Origin: Octopus bimaculoides | Lineage: Eukaryota | DNA length: 64,000 nucleotides | Direction: 5' to 3' | NCBI RefSeq assembly: GCF_001194135.2 | Contig: NC_068992.1 | Span: 45,717,006 to 45,781,005 of the forward strand | In this document: piece by piece, positions 39,836 to 53,234 of the stretch | Layout: each line of letters starts with the position of its first letter | Position numbering within the stretch: position 1 is the stretch's first letter | Made by a program: the position numbers and the translations under genes | Notes under the pieces: model-generated | Told to the model about the DNA's origin: nothing | The model's input: only the letters and a program-made list of their open reading frames with translations | Databases searched by the model: none

Positions 39836-40050
39836 TAGGTGGCGAGTAGACAGAATCATTAGCACGCCGGGGAAAACACTTAGTGGCATTTCGTCAGTTT
39901 TTATGTTTTGAGTTAGAATATAGCCAGAGTTGACCTAACCTTTCATCCTTTCGGAGTCGATAAAATAAGTAACAGCCGAGCACTGGAGTCGATGGAATCG
40001 ACTTAGCCCCACCCTCAAAATTGCTGGCCTTGTGCCAAAATTTGAAACCA
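39836..40050 (+). mobile_element. SINE family A, full length
   Basis: aggtggcgag..cagaatcattagcacgccggg ... ctttcatcctttcggagtcgataaaataagt ... aaaatttgaaacc. Confidence 0.85.
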
Positions 40051-40836
40051 ATGTTTCATGGCAGTGCTGTTGGTTTATCAACTCTTATAATTATCACCAC
40101 TGGCTGATAGTACTTCACAGATATCACTACTAGTTAACAACCCTCTCTATATGTAAGAACCAATTGCCAACTTTGTCTAAATATCGCCATTAGTTATCAG
40201 TCCTCCATACATCTAATCTCAGCTTACAAGCACTTCACACAGATTACCACCGGTTATGAATATTTCCTGCAGGTAACCATAGTTAAATAAAAGAACATTT
40301 TATTGCAATTTGTGAACAAAACGTTGTTACTTTAAAGCTTACAGTGTTAACCGCAAAATTCTTTCCGATCAATCACTGGACTACAAAATTTCTTGCGGTG
40401 AACTTGACAACAGTGCTTCTTTAACTCAATCAAAGCAAATATTGTAAGGCAGTTTGTTTCTAAAGTACTGGTTTTCCAGTTTATCCAACCGACATTCTGT
40501 ATCTTCCATACATATAGCTGGTGGGTATCAACACTTCTGACATCTTGTACTAAATGGAGTGGATGTTATAAAACTGTAAATCCGTGCTTCTCGCACGGAT
40601 GACTTTTCATGCATTACTTAGAGGTGGGCCAGGTTACGCTGCTGGACGATAGCAGGACACGAAATTACTTTACTTAGCCGCCTATTGTTATACACTCAAT
40701 TTAAAGGTCGTCGTACAAATACAATTACTGCAGCCGTTACCACCACCACCACCACCACCATAATAATAATAATAATAATAATAGCCACAACGAAAAATAC
40801 CTTAGAAATGAGAACCCAGGTTCGAAATTTCCCCAA

Positions 40837-40882
40837 GACACCTGACGAAGGCTGGAGGATATATCAGCCGAAATCTTACGTT
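40837..40882 (+). ncRNA. Degenerate minimal type-I hammerhead-ribozyme-like motif within a short PLE/retrozyme-like repeat (about 40800-40960)
   Basis: GACAC-CTGACGA-A-GGCTG-[GAGGATATAT]-CAGCC-GAAA-TCTT-ACGTT: CUGANGA and GAAA boxes flank a perfect 5-bp stem II; helix III is broken and helix I pairs 3/5. Confidence 0.4.
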
Positions 40883-41961
40883 AACAACAAACAAGACGAG
40901 GACAAATATCCGTCAAATGTCAATAATGTACATAATTCCTCATCTCTTAAATATAGAACTGTGTTAGTATTTGTTTCGATAAAGGTTTGGCTCCCATGTT
41001 TAGCACAGGGTTCAATGATTGCTCAACGGCTTCTTTCCTTGCTAGTAATTACAGTTTTGTTATCAGTTCCATTGTAAAGGTTATCTTTGAACCTTATGGA
41101 AGGAGGTGATTCGGAAGGATGTTTACTGTGGACAATTCTGATAACCAAAGTAATTTCCTAAAGACGTTACAATTCTCAAAACTTATAAACAAAAGCAGAG
41201 AAAATATATATCCGATACAGTTCTCTATGATCTCTGCCAGGACAACAAAATAGGACACACCAGGGATGCCAGAAATGATAAATATAGATTATTTGTTAAT
41301 TTATGCAGGAAATTTTTTTTCAGTATTTAGTCTAATTGTATTCTATGTCTATGGAGTCTTAAAATAATAGTTCTTGATTTCTAAAGATGCAAAATTATGT
41401 AAATTTCAGCACTTTGCGGATTTTACATTTTGGTGTAGAATTACAGCTAATAAGACCCCGTGATACATGAAACAATGATTCTAAAATTGTTCTTATATTG
41501 CTCATTTTAAAAGTATTTTATGTGCCAAGTCTTTTGTCTGCTCTCGATTTCTTTGAATGTTTAATTTTGACGAAGAATGTTAACGAGAAAGCTAATTTAC
41601 ATCAATTAGAAAGCTGCTTGCTTTATTGAATAGGAAAAAGATAATGATAATTGAGTACTGTTAAGTCAACTGGTGGTTTAGAAATAAACAAAGATAAAGA
41701 ATAATTACAAGTAATAATAATATAGAAAATCTCTGACGACAATTTCGCTAAAATTACATTGTTTTATCTGAAGTCTATCTTGTAGAAGCTTTCTTCTGAA
41801 AGTACTTTACATTAAAACTGAATCATCTCACAATTTATTTTAGGAAATATGTGGAAATATGTATATCTATTACTGGATATTGTAAAACATTTAAAGTTTT
41901 TTTTTATTTCAATTATGGTGACTGCCGGGGAATATAAAAAAATATGATACTGCGTATATAT

Positions 41962-41964
<3 letters not shown>

Positions 41965-42000
<36 letters not shown>

Positions 42001-42001
42001 A

Positions 42002-42042
<41 letters not shown>

Positions 42043-42050
42043 GAGAGAGA
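41965..42050. repeat. (GA)n(GATA)n microsatellite
   Basis: Read directly. Confidence 0.93.
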
Positions 42051-43854
42051 TAACGATACTAAAGCATCCAAATTTCACATGAATTTAATATGTTTGATCA
42101 AGTAAAGAATGTAATATTACGGAATGAGTGTGTGTGTGTGTGTGTGTGTTTGGGTGGGCGTTTGTTCGTGTGTGTGTGCGTGTACGTGCGTGCGCGTGAG
42201 TGCATGAGTGTGTAAAAGTGTAAGATTTTACGATCAATGGATCGTGAATTCTTTGGTCTTACCCAGTAAAAGTTATGGTTGCACCTATATCTTAGGTCCT
42301 ACATATCTGGTAATATTGATGTTATCATTATAATATTGCTCACTGTTACGTATATATTGCATATATATGCAATCAAGGAATATTTCTGCAGATGTGTGCA
42401 ATCATAAGATATATCCACCATATCATTAACTATAGATTACAAGTGCTCATAGGCATATAATCAATGAATATCAATACATCGAAGTGTTTAATCAAGAAAC
42501 ATCAATATATTTATGTGCGTAATCATGAATTGTCATTGTCTTAGTATTTTTAATCAAGGACCAACATTTCGAATGAATTTGCTTTCAATAATTTTATTGA
42601 AAGATTTCATGTTTGAAATTCTAAATACATAAAATTTTTGATGAGTTTTCAAACAAAATCCGAATACAAACTAGAATCGATATTCATTAAAAACAACGAT
42701 TATTTCAATAGGAAAAGAACAAAAAGTTGTTACGTTTACTATTTTAAAATGTATTAAATGTTTCGATTACATTTCATTAAATCCTTTAAGATTTATTTTA
42801 CAATTTTAGGAATATGTTGTTTGAATATGGCGTTGTGGCCACAGCTCCTGGCCAGTAAAACTAGTAAAACCAGTAAAACTAAACATTTGTTAAAGATGTC
42901 GTAACCTTTTATACATTTCTTAACCCATATTTTGGTATCCATTGTATTATTTAATATAATTACTGTATATTTTAATTTCATATTTATCAAATTCAGATGT
43001 AGTTTTGATGTTTGTTATATCATGCAAGTTAGTGGTGTGGTAAGCAGAAGGGAGTCACAAATTAATATATAGAAAATGACGACATTTAGCTTGGCACATT
43101 AGGAAGAATAGAAGATATTGTAACATCCTGCATTTCGATTATATTTTATGAAGGAAAGAAGCATGACTTACCATTTCTGGTCTGAGATAAATGCAAATTG
43201 ATATAATTTCTTGCTAGGAAAAACTGTATGGCAACTATCTAATATCCAAATTTTACAGAGCGAAGAGAAAATAATAGTGATCGATGATCCGTGACTTTGA
43301 CCAATATCAATCACATGACAAAATATTCCCGCTATTTCTCTATTTGTATAAATTTTTTGCAGAAAGTAAAAATTCTTCATTTTCATAGACTCGTTAATCA
43401 CCCTTTAATTGGTCTACTGCAATTCATCCCACGTCTTAATGTACTTCGTGGATAGGTGAGGTGGTTGATCTTCAGATTATCAACTTAAGAAGATGGATAG
43501 TTCGTATTCAGAACGGTTTTCGTAATCGAGTAGTTTAACACACGCTTGACCACTCTGTCATGCAGCAAAAAGATACTAAAAGAGCAGCGACAGAACAACT
43601 TTAGTTTAGCTCGTGGATACCTGCTGCAAATATTAGCCTGTAATTCTGAGTTCAATTCTGAAATATAAGCAAACAGAATACAATACGGTCTTCTATCAAA
43701 ACCCTTCTTTTATTGGGTCGGCATGAGTATGTAATAATTGAACAGCGACTTTTTCTTATTTCTACCTTCACACGAACATCAGAAAAAAAAATAATGCGTT
43801 TTTAAATTAGCTATCAGATACATATCTCTTTGTCGATTCATCCGTATATATTCG

Positions 43855-44095
43855 TCTCTTCAGTTGTCAGTTTTTAAGGGATAATCTACGGGAAGCAAAT
43901 CCATTTGTATCTTCAACTGTCGAAATCCTTTAAAGAGGAAACTATGTTGTACACATTTCTGCGTTCGTTTAGTTGTCAGTCTAACAATGAGTATCCTACG
44001 TGATACAAATCCCTTTGTCTCTTCAGCTGCCACAGGCTTTTAAGGAGGAAACTATCTTGGATAAATTTCTTCGGTCATCAGTCTTTTAAGGGGTT
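43855..44095 (+). repeat. Diverged tandem repeat, unit about 110-120 bp, a little over two copies
   Basis: agttgtcagt...ctacg..caaatcc.tttgt.tcttca.ctg.c....tttaa.gaggaaactat.ttg.a.a.atttct recurs at about 43862 and 43972; a third copy starts near 44080. Confidence 0.75.
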
Positions 44096-46464
44096 GGATT
44101 TAGCTCCAGGATTTTATTACGTTGAGTAATTTTGAAATAAATCTCCTCGTAAATTGAACACCAGTCTACTGGTGGTTCCAAATGGTCGTGTACTGCATCT
44201 AGAAAGTTAAGTGAAATGACGCAATATAGAATTAAGTGTTCTGTTCTAAAACCCAGCAAAACCCATGGCTCAAGAATCTGCTATCACATAATAAGAATAC
44301 AATAATTAGAACAAAAATAGCAACTTTACTACATCATTCACAAAATGAAAATCGATATATTTCCCAGATTCTGATTAAATTGAAATTTTGAAGTATTTAC
44401 ATCGTGTATCAAAATATGATTCATATCAATGATATATATATTTAAGTTTTACTTTTACTTATCAGTGAGTATTTCAAAGAAACATCTAGCAAAGTGGAAA
44501 GCAATACCACACGTCTAAAAACAAGTACTTTTGTGTTTCCTCTGATATGACAGAAGATATATGAGGCATTGTTAGCAATGTAGAAGTAATGGCCAGCATA
44601 CAATGCTAATAGTTGTGCTAGGTTGCACATCCAAATTATTCAATGACTGAAAAAAAATATTATCACTTGATGTGTTGGATTCTTGTAAAAGCTGATATAT
44701 GAGATACGCGAAGTGGAGTCAAGTAAAAATATAAAATTGTTTCTTTAAAAAACACTGATCTAAAAATAAATGAAAAGAGCGATCGCTATACCACTATAGA
44801 TGTTTACTTGGAAATAATCCAAATAAGAATATTGGAGTCATGGGATGAAAACTTTTTCCATAGAAAATAGAATGATAGGGAATTTTTGATGCCAAAAAAT
44901 GGCAGAAATGTGATAAGCAGGTTTAAAAACCACCTGCTTCCTTTTCGCATTCCTTGTATGAGATTATTATTCACTTTACAAATGCAACTAACTAAATTAT
45001 AATCCTATGTTATTGGTTTAGTGAACGCCATAGCTACGACGCATGATCAAAGGAGTGATCTGTGTAAATGAGCGATTCAGGTTCAATATTTGATGGTAAC
45101 TATTTGACTTGCTCCAGGCCTGCAAATGTGAAATATACGAAAGTTATAGGTACTACTAGTTAGTCTCCTGATATATCAACAATTCTTGACCAATAGCTGT
45201 AAATATTGACACGCGAGTGAATTGCACTCCGCCACACGGGAGTTGGAAATATATTTATCTTCCTATTGGTTTACAATAATTTTTTTCGGAATTATTCTAA
45301 AGAATAATTGAAACAATCATAAAATATCATTGGTAATTACTCTGCAATAATCCACCTGCTATATCACTAGTAACTGAATTATTTTATCTCTACTTGGTCC
45401 TCTCCATGTGAATGTATTGCTATCAGTGTGATACTGGCTATTGGCTCCCTACTTTAAGCAATGCATGTTTCTTAAGCAACGAAATATCAGAGTAGTTCGT
45501 ACGTTTGACATGATACCCACCGGTATTTATTCAAGTTCATTCTGCTCTCAACTTACGGCTAGTTGACTTCGTTTGTCGACCAAGTGCCTTCAACAAGATT
45601 CACTGTTATAAACATGTGATCCTGATCTTTAAGATTGGTGATAATTTCTTTTTTGTCCCAGTGTTGAAGACATCGAAAAACTATAGCCATAGATGCAGCC
45701 ATTTATCCCTGGAGTAAGCGATATAGAAAAGAACAGAACATCGTTTGTGTTGCATTGTTAGCATAATTATAAACTATGTTAGCGTCATCAACAGTAATGA
45801 TGATCAAGCCTAGGTTATTAACTAAAAGGAATTCTTCATCCGACATTTAATGCATGTTCTTAATGTTTTGACCGAGATATTTCTGACCATCAGTCACGAT
45901 ATAATCATTTTGCCATCTCTTCCGTTCCATTTTTATGAACTAAATCATTAACATCGGTCTTTTCCATTTGTAGCATTTCCTATCTCTTTAGATTTGACGA
46001 CTCATTGGATGAGACTTTAAAACACATCTTTGCTTTTTATTTCTACGTCATTAAAGTTTGGGAGCACTCATATATACCAGACCCAAGCTAGATATTATTT
46101 CCCGCTAAATAAGTTAACTACAGGGGATTAAAAGTCTCAGCCTTAAGTCTATTCCTGATGCCTAAAAGGACTTGGTATGGATCATCAGGTTTCTCTAGTA
46201 ATAGCTCAACATTTATCTCTGAAATTCCGTAAGATTCTGGATATTTGACGCTAGACGATTTGCGGTCAAACTGCCAAGTTTCAGATAATGCTTTGAATAA
46301 CCGGCTGCTAAAAATGTGCTTAGCTATCACTCGTGTGTAAGTATGACTTGGTAGCTTATACCACACTTTCGCTAATTGATTTAAAATTCAATATAGTCGT
46401 AAGAAGTAAGACATTTTATCAATTTTATCAGCCGAATCTGTATACATACATACATACATACATA

Positions 46465-46530
<66 letters not shown>

Positions 46531-46539
46531 AAGATATAT

Positions 46540-46678
46540 ATGCACACTTACATACTCATACACACACACATACATAATGTGTATATGTGTATGTGTACTC
46601 GTCTATACACTTGTACACAAAATAAAAATAAAATCATAGACAAATACAGAGACATAGTCATGCACACGTGTTTAAATA

Positions 46679-46730
<52 letters not shown>

Positions 46731-46863
46731 AACACGTGTGCATGACTATGTCTCTGTATTTGTCTATGATTTTATTTTTATTTTGTGTACAAGTGTATAG
46801 ACGAGTACACATACACATATACACATTATGTATGTGTGTGTGTATGAGTATGTAAGTGTGCAT
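46540..46863. repeat. Perfect inverted repeat (about 135-bp arms) centred on a (TA)n tract
   Basis: The + ORF from 46540 and the - ORF from 46863 give the same peptide (MHTYILIHTHIHNVYMCMCTRLYTCTQNKNKIIDKYRDIVMHTCLN). Confidence 0.95.
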
Positions 46864-47984
46864 GTATGTATGTGTATTAGCGATATCCTGATATTTAAAA
46901 CGTAACTATATGAAAATGTGTATTTAATTGCCATTATTTAAAACGATAATTCCATCTGCAATGAACAGTGGATGTCTTTTCGTTTTGGAACTTTTCCGAA
47001 ATATTCTCAGAACTTACATACCAAATAATTGCTTTAAGAGCAAATAAAGAATTAGATATAGCAGAAAATAGTTTTCTGAAGCTACATTTTCTGGAAAATT
47101 CTATTATTTTGCTATATACATTACCATAATAATCCCACCAGTGATTCTAATATGAGATAAAGTATAGTAATATTTTAGTAATATCTGATTTATGTTACGT
47201 ATAATGTTACTTTGTGATGTCAAAACATTAAAAGAAGATGTTATCAAATTATACTATTTACACATGCATTGTTCTTGTTTCTCTTTCTTTTGTTTGGCTT
47301 TTATTTTCTTTGGCAATGAAGAGTGTGTTATATAATTTTAAATTTATAATATTCAGCAAAGAATAATATAGTGAATGTGCTTTCCTTCATGGAAAATATA
47401 AAATAATATAATATTTTTCACGTGTGTACAAGATCAAAAAAAATATATGAAAGTATCATTGATTGTGTAAACCTCAGTATTTTATTGGTACTCCTTTTTC
47501 GAGCCTCGGTTAAATTATAAAACAAAAAATGATATGTTTGAAGCAAATATCAAGATTCTACTGGGACATTAATGACATAAAGCAACACTGAAAGATTTAT
47601 GAACATAAAGATAATTCAAACAAATTAAGGGGGCAGTGGGTAACAAAATATTTAATGTAAAAAAAAAAAAAACAATAAATCAGATAGGAGAGAAGAAAAC
47701 TATATAACAAGATCACAAATTTGGCCCAAACTAACCGATAAGAAAATTCGTGTTACATCAGCAACTATAAGTCAACGAAAGGTGCAAGAATAAGCGAAGT
47801 TCTAAATTTCTACCTGAAGCAAGCGGGCAATACTTAACTTAGTAGGAATCACTGAACTGGAAAGCAAACCAGAGTGAAAAATCTAAGTGAAAGCTAGAGT
47901 GGAACTCCACATTCACTTCTAAAGCCAAAATACCAGGCAGATATATACATTTGTGTTCTCTTTTGATAATATTTGGCTGGATTA

Positions 47985-48198
47985 ACGTGCTCAGCTGGCA
48001 GAATCGCTAGCACGCCGTGCGAAGTGCTTAGTGACATGTCGTCTTTCTTTATGTCGTAATTTCAAATTCCACCGAGGCCGACTTTGTCTTCCGTCCTTTC
48101 GGGATCGATGAATTAAGTACCAGTTAATGATTGGGTCGAAATGTTGGACTTGTGCTCCCCACCCCGAAACTGCTGGACTTGTGCCAGAATTTGAAATC
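47985..48198 (+). mobile_element. SINE family A, diverged
   Basis: agctggcagaatcgctagcacgccg ... ttcaaattccaccgaggccgacttt ... aatttgaaa. Confidence 0.8.
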
Positions 48199-48336
48199 AG
48201 TATGTGGCGGGATTATAAATTTGAATTTGTGTTAAGGAATTATAATGGAAAGGATATATATAATTCACATATTTTGTTTTGCATTTATTTGTTTTTGATG
48301 ACTTGCTGCAAAGTTCTTAAAATTTCTATTCTGTTT

Positions 48337-48748
48337 AGGAGTGCCTGTGTGGTAATTAGCTTGCTTACCAGCCACATGGTTCCGGGTTATTTCCCACTGC
48401 GTAGCACCTTGGGCAAGTGTCTCCTACTATAGCCTCGGGTCGACCAAAGCCTTGTGAGTGGATTTGGTAGACAGAAACTGAAAGAAGCCCGTCGTATATA
48501 TGTATATATATGTATATGTATGTGTGTATATGTTTGTGTGTCTGTGATTGTCCCCCCCCCCAACATCGCTTGACAACCGATGGTGGTGTTTTACATCCCC
48601 GTAACTTAGCGATTCGGCAAAAGAGACCGATAGAATAAGTACTAGGTTTCCAAAGAGTAAGTCCTGGGGTCGATTTGCTCGGCTAAAAGGCGATGCTCCA
48701 GCATGGCCGCAGTCAAATGACTGAAACAAGTAAAAGAGTAAAAGAGTA
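48337..48748 (+). mobile_element. SINE family C, near full length (tRNA-like head, CORE-like segment, internal TA/TG tract, 3' half, (GAGTAAAA) tail); possibly the octopus OR2-type CORE-SINE
   Basis: Head gcctgtgtggtaattagcttgcttaccagccacatggttccgggtt; accttgggcaagtgtc resembles the CORE domain; the 3' half matches 2118-2339, 27401-27525 and 54721-54880. Confidence 0.85.
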
Positions 48749-48927
48749 TAAAATAACCTAAGATTTATTAGTTATCTTTTTTTTATGAAGTGAGACATTT
48801 CTTATTGATAGAAAATAATGAGAATCTCGAAATTTTCCTGAAGCTTGAGCCCATCCTGTTAAAAGAGCATTAGCAGTTTAGTAACCCAGAGGAAACAATT
48901 TTTATGATAAAGAGGAATTATAATATA

Positions 48928-48931
<4 letters not shown>

Positions 48932-48983
<52 letters not shown>
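48932..48983. repeat. (GT)n microsatellite
   Basis: Read directly. Confidence 0.97.
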
Positions 48984-48986
<3 letters not shown>

Positions 48987-49712
48987 AGCTGTACTAATAA
49001 CCAGCTGTTAGAAATCATTAGCCTTTAGCTCATGAAGTTGATTAATTAATTCCATAAACTATGATTAAAATAACGGAATATAATATAGTAGTTCTCTTTG
49101 TCTGAGAACTTACATCTCCTCATATAGATATACGTATACGTATAATACATAGAGACGATGACTTTAGATTAATAAATGGACTTAAACAATCTTAGATTAC
49201 AATACCGGTGTGTATAATGTTTGTAAAAACGTAGCAAGGCCCTAACTCTAGTATTTAGCCCAAGTAAAACATCTTAAAAAGACTTTTGTGTTAGAAACAC
49301 AACGCTTCGCTGGTTTCCAGACTCGGTATTTTGACTTTATTTTGTCTCCTTAGTGACGAGTATTTCGGACATTCTGAGGCTAACTGAGAACGCTTGTGCC
49401 AAATCCGTACGATGTTTTTATTGTGTGAGATTTTTCTCTGTCTTTCTTTCTCACCTTCTCTCTCCAATTTTCTTTTTTTTTCCATTTCTCTTCTAGGGTA
49501 AATAGAAGCTACAAAGATTTCCGAATGTCAGTCAATAATCCTCAACATGTTGAGTTTGGATTTAATGCGGCGAATGACAAAAAAAAAGTACAAACATGGT
49601 TTCGTATACAACACGAATTTACTAAGGAACCTTTTTTTAAATTTAGCTCTCAGTGCAATAAATAAAAGATAAGAAATAAATAAATAAAAATTGCTGATAT
49701 TAATAGTAAGAG

Positions 49713-49911
49713 AAGGCGGCGAGCTGGCAGAAGGCAAAATTCTTAGTGGCATTTCGTCTGTCTGCACGTACTGAGTTCAAATTTCACTGAGGTCGAACAG
49801 GCGTTTCACCCTTTCAAAGTCGATAAATTAAGTACCAGTTGACTACTGTGGTCGATGTATCGACTTAGCCCCTTTCCCAAACTTGCTGGCATTGTGCTAA
49901 AATTTGAAACC
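49713..49911 (+). mobile_element. SINE family A, full length
   Basis: aaggcggcgagctggcagaa ... ctgagttcaaatttc (B-box-like) ... aaaatttgaaacc. Confidence 0.88.
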
Positions 49912-51156
49912 AATATTAAACAAAGAAAAACAATTAGAAAGAAGTGAGACTTAGAAATAATCAGTAATGAATGAAAGTAGGTAATTCCTTTAAAAGTTTT
50001 TTATAGGAATTTTTAAACCCAAACAGACAAGGAAATTAAAATTATATAGAATAATCGAATATGTAAAATATATTGATCTTGTTTATTAATGGAACGAACA
50101 ATAATAAGCACAAGAACAGGAAGATAAACACAAACCAATATTACTAAATATAAATAAACTAGCAGAATCAGAAATACTCAAGATTACAAAAGAAATAAAA
50201 GCAGAAAGAAGGAAAATGGGTTCAGCATTAACTGCGCAGGAATTTGTGATTCTAAGATTATTAATATTAGTACTGACATATTACTAAAGGCAATGCCTTA
50301 CCAATACCCTTCACGTAATGTAGTTAGAGATTGTTGAAGAATTCAGTTGTATGTTAAATGCTATAAACTCATTGCAACGAAGAGATGTCAATTATTTGAA
50401 TAGATTTAATTGGTGACTCACGAAAGAATTTAGATGCTATTTTGTAGTAAATAACTAAAATGACTAAAAGATAGGTTATCTAGACATATTTTTCATGTGC
50501 AGTTCTTTAGGGAACAATATTGGCCCACAAAATATACTGTTTCCATAGTAAACAAAGAGCGTCTCTAAGAGGTTAACCAGATCAATCGTTTGCAGTAAAG
50601 TTTTAGTTTGGTCAAATAGAACATTTGTTCTTTAGACCATGTAACCAAATAACACACACTCTTAATGCCATAAAAACATTTCATAACAAAAATTTGAATA
50701 AATCAAATATTAAAATTATAATTCTTAAAATCAATAAAATAAAAACAAAATGGAAACATTTTCAGATTACTAATTTATATTTTCATTTTGTCTGCTGTAT
50801 TTATTTTACTATGTTCAATACATTTTTTTACACCGTTGCTTTTAAAACTTTAAGACTGCATATTAAACATTGAATCTGGTTAACCTCATACTGATAGAAA
50901 TGAAAACCTAATGCTTCTCACTATTCTAAAAGGTTTAACGTTCATGACTACGTATCTTGGATTTGTTACAAAATGCTATAAAGATGATTGATAAAATCAT
51001 TTTAATTGACTTCTCATTATTGACGTTTTAAAAAAAATTTCGTGTTTAAAAAGTTTAACTCATTAAATTTTATTTTATTATTGTCCATTTATTATCATCA
51101 TCATCATCANNNNNNNNNNNNNNNNNNNNNNNNNNNNNNNNNNNNCCACCCCTACC

Positions 51157-51190
<34 letters not shown>

Positions 51191-52625
51191 TCGTTGTTCT
51201 TGATGTTGTTAATTATATGCCAAATTAAAATGACCCGAGATTGTTTGCTATATTTCTCTTTTTATTTTACATCTTTTATTTTCGTGCGTATTGTCTGTGT
51301 CTCTCCCTCTGTGTATCTTTTAAAAAAGACTGTTTATTTTTCTTTAAATATATTTTTCGTGTTATTTTTAATTTATTTATTTTCTTTATTTTCGTTTCGT
51401 TTCAATGAACCAGCCTTATTTATTGACTCAACTTATCAACCAACTATTTGCTTCAGTAAGCTTAGATTGAAAACTGATCAGCTCACAATGAAATAATTTT
51501 CATTTGTTCCTCCCCACCACTTTTGTCTTTCTCTCTTCTCTTCGTATATCACTCTTTCCATTTCTCTGCCTCTATAGCTATGTCTCTATCTCCCTCACAC
51601 AATCTTTGTCTTTCTCTTCTTTTAATCAAACATCTAACAAGGATATTGCTTCCAAACTGGTAATCAATAAGCCACTTCTGGCAGTTACTTCTATCTCTAA
51701 CACAACAGCAGCAATATCAGCAACAGTCTCAACAACAACAACAACAATACCGTAAAAAATAACAACAGTGAATACAAATATGGATTTTCTCAAAATAAAA
51801 TAATAATAAAAAAAAGAAATAACTGTTGATTTTAAAGAAAATGTCAATATCTTCAACAATAAACAGGAACATTTTCAATAGCTTACAAAAAAATAGAACT
51901 GTCATTTAATGATGTAGGCAGTTTCTATCATTTGAATCCAAATTGTCTGCTTGATTCTTGCTATACATTTGAATTTAACGATTGGGGTTGTGCTCCAGCA
52001 GTCAGCCGAAGAATCTTATTAAGAACTACCACTTAATTAGATAACCAATTCCATCCGAAAACTCATAAAATAAATGCCATCCTCTCTAAACGTTACAAAT
52101 TATATTTTCTTAACGTTGGACAAGTTGCAGTTTATCGAAGTTCTATCTCTATCCTCCACTACGGATAATTTTCTTTGCGTTCAACTGATCTATATCAGAA
52201 ATATGTGGCTGTATTAACTATTGGTTCTTTACAATACTTATAATTGCTGTAGAAGCTATTTTTGAGGCCATGGTAGATTTTTAATCTCCAGTCATATTTC
52301 TTCAAGCAGTCTGTGATCGTGAACAAAATCGACCCTTCCACGAATAGTACACTTTCCTTTAATATCAAAGATTTTATTCTCGCATTTTGAGGTATAATAC
52401 ATATAGGGTGAAATTATCCAGTATGTTTTTTTATGGCGTTAGGGCTTAATGTGAGAGATATTTCGCTGTTATATCTAGCAACAGTAACGACTACATACAG
52501 GCTCCCTCACCATCGCGTTATTGAAATAGTAATCGCTTTTGCTCTTATTAATGTTACTGCTTTGACTAAAGGTTTTACATCCTCGAGTGTGCTTCTTCTT
52601 TCGGATTTATGTTTTCTACAAATTG

Positions 52626-52668
<43 letters not shown>

Positions 52669-53123
52669 NNNNNNNNNNNNNNNNNNNNNNNNNNNNNNNN
52701 NNNNNNNATATATATATATATTTATATATACACACACACATTTATTTTCATCAAATGACACAGGCACAGAAGAAGCGTCTCATTGCTACGTATGCATATA
52801 TACCTATGTATGTATATACATGTATACAGATACACATATGCACATACAGGCATGTATAAATACGTATACATATACGTAAACAAAAAAATATATATATACA
52901 ATTTGAACTAGTCTTGAATTATATGAAATGCAACACATCATGTGTCTCCGAGCAACATCTGCACTCCTTTTATTAAAAGTGTAACACTAATAATATAGAC
53001 CAGTCCAGTCGCTTGACAGCGTCGACTTTACGATATTTACTTTATCTACATTTATACATTTCAAACCCCAGTCTCGTAACGTAGCTTATGTGTGTGTCTA
53101 TGTGCATTATATTATTTCTCTTT

Positions 53124-53125
<2 letters not shown>

Positions 53126-53174
<49 letters not shown>
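53126..53174. repeat. Poly-T run (49 nt)
   Basis: Read directly. Confidence 0.95.
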
Positions 53175-53176
<2 letters not shown>

Positions 53177-53234
53177 TTCTGTTGGCTTTCTTTGTTTATA
53201 CTCAACGATGCCGACTTTTCATTTTGAATGTCAA

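Noticed and set aside
45400-46366. Unique region with an 82-aa minus ORF, possibly a decayed transposase or LINE
   Set aside because: No motif that I could assign to any family
52433-52620. EDVKPLVKAVTLIRAKA on the minus strand, faintly like hAT transposases
   Set aside because: A single short weak similarity with no further motifs
53126-53174. Poly-T as the poly-A tail of the adjacent R4 fragment
   Set aside because: The run is pure while the element is heavily decayed and 3'-truncated, and R4/Dong tails are usually not poly-A; probably independent
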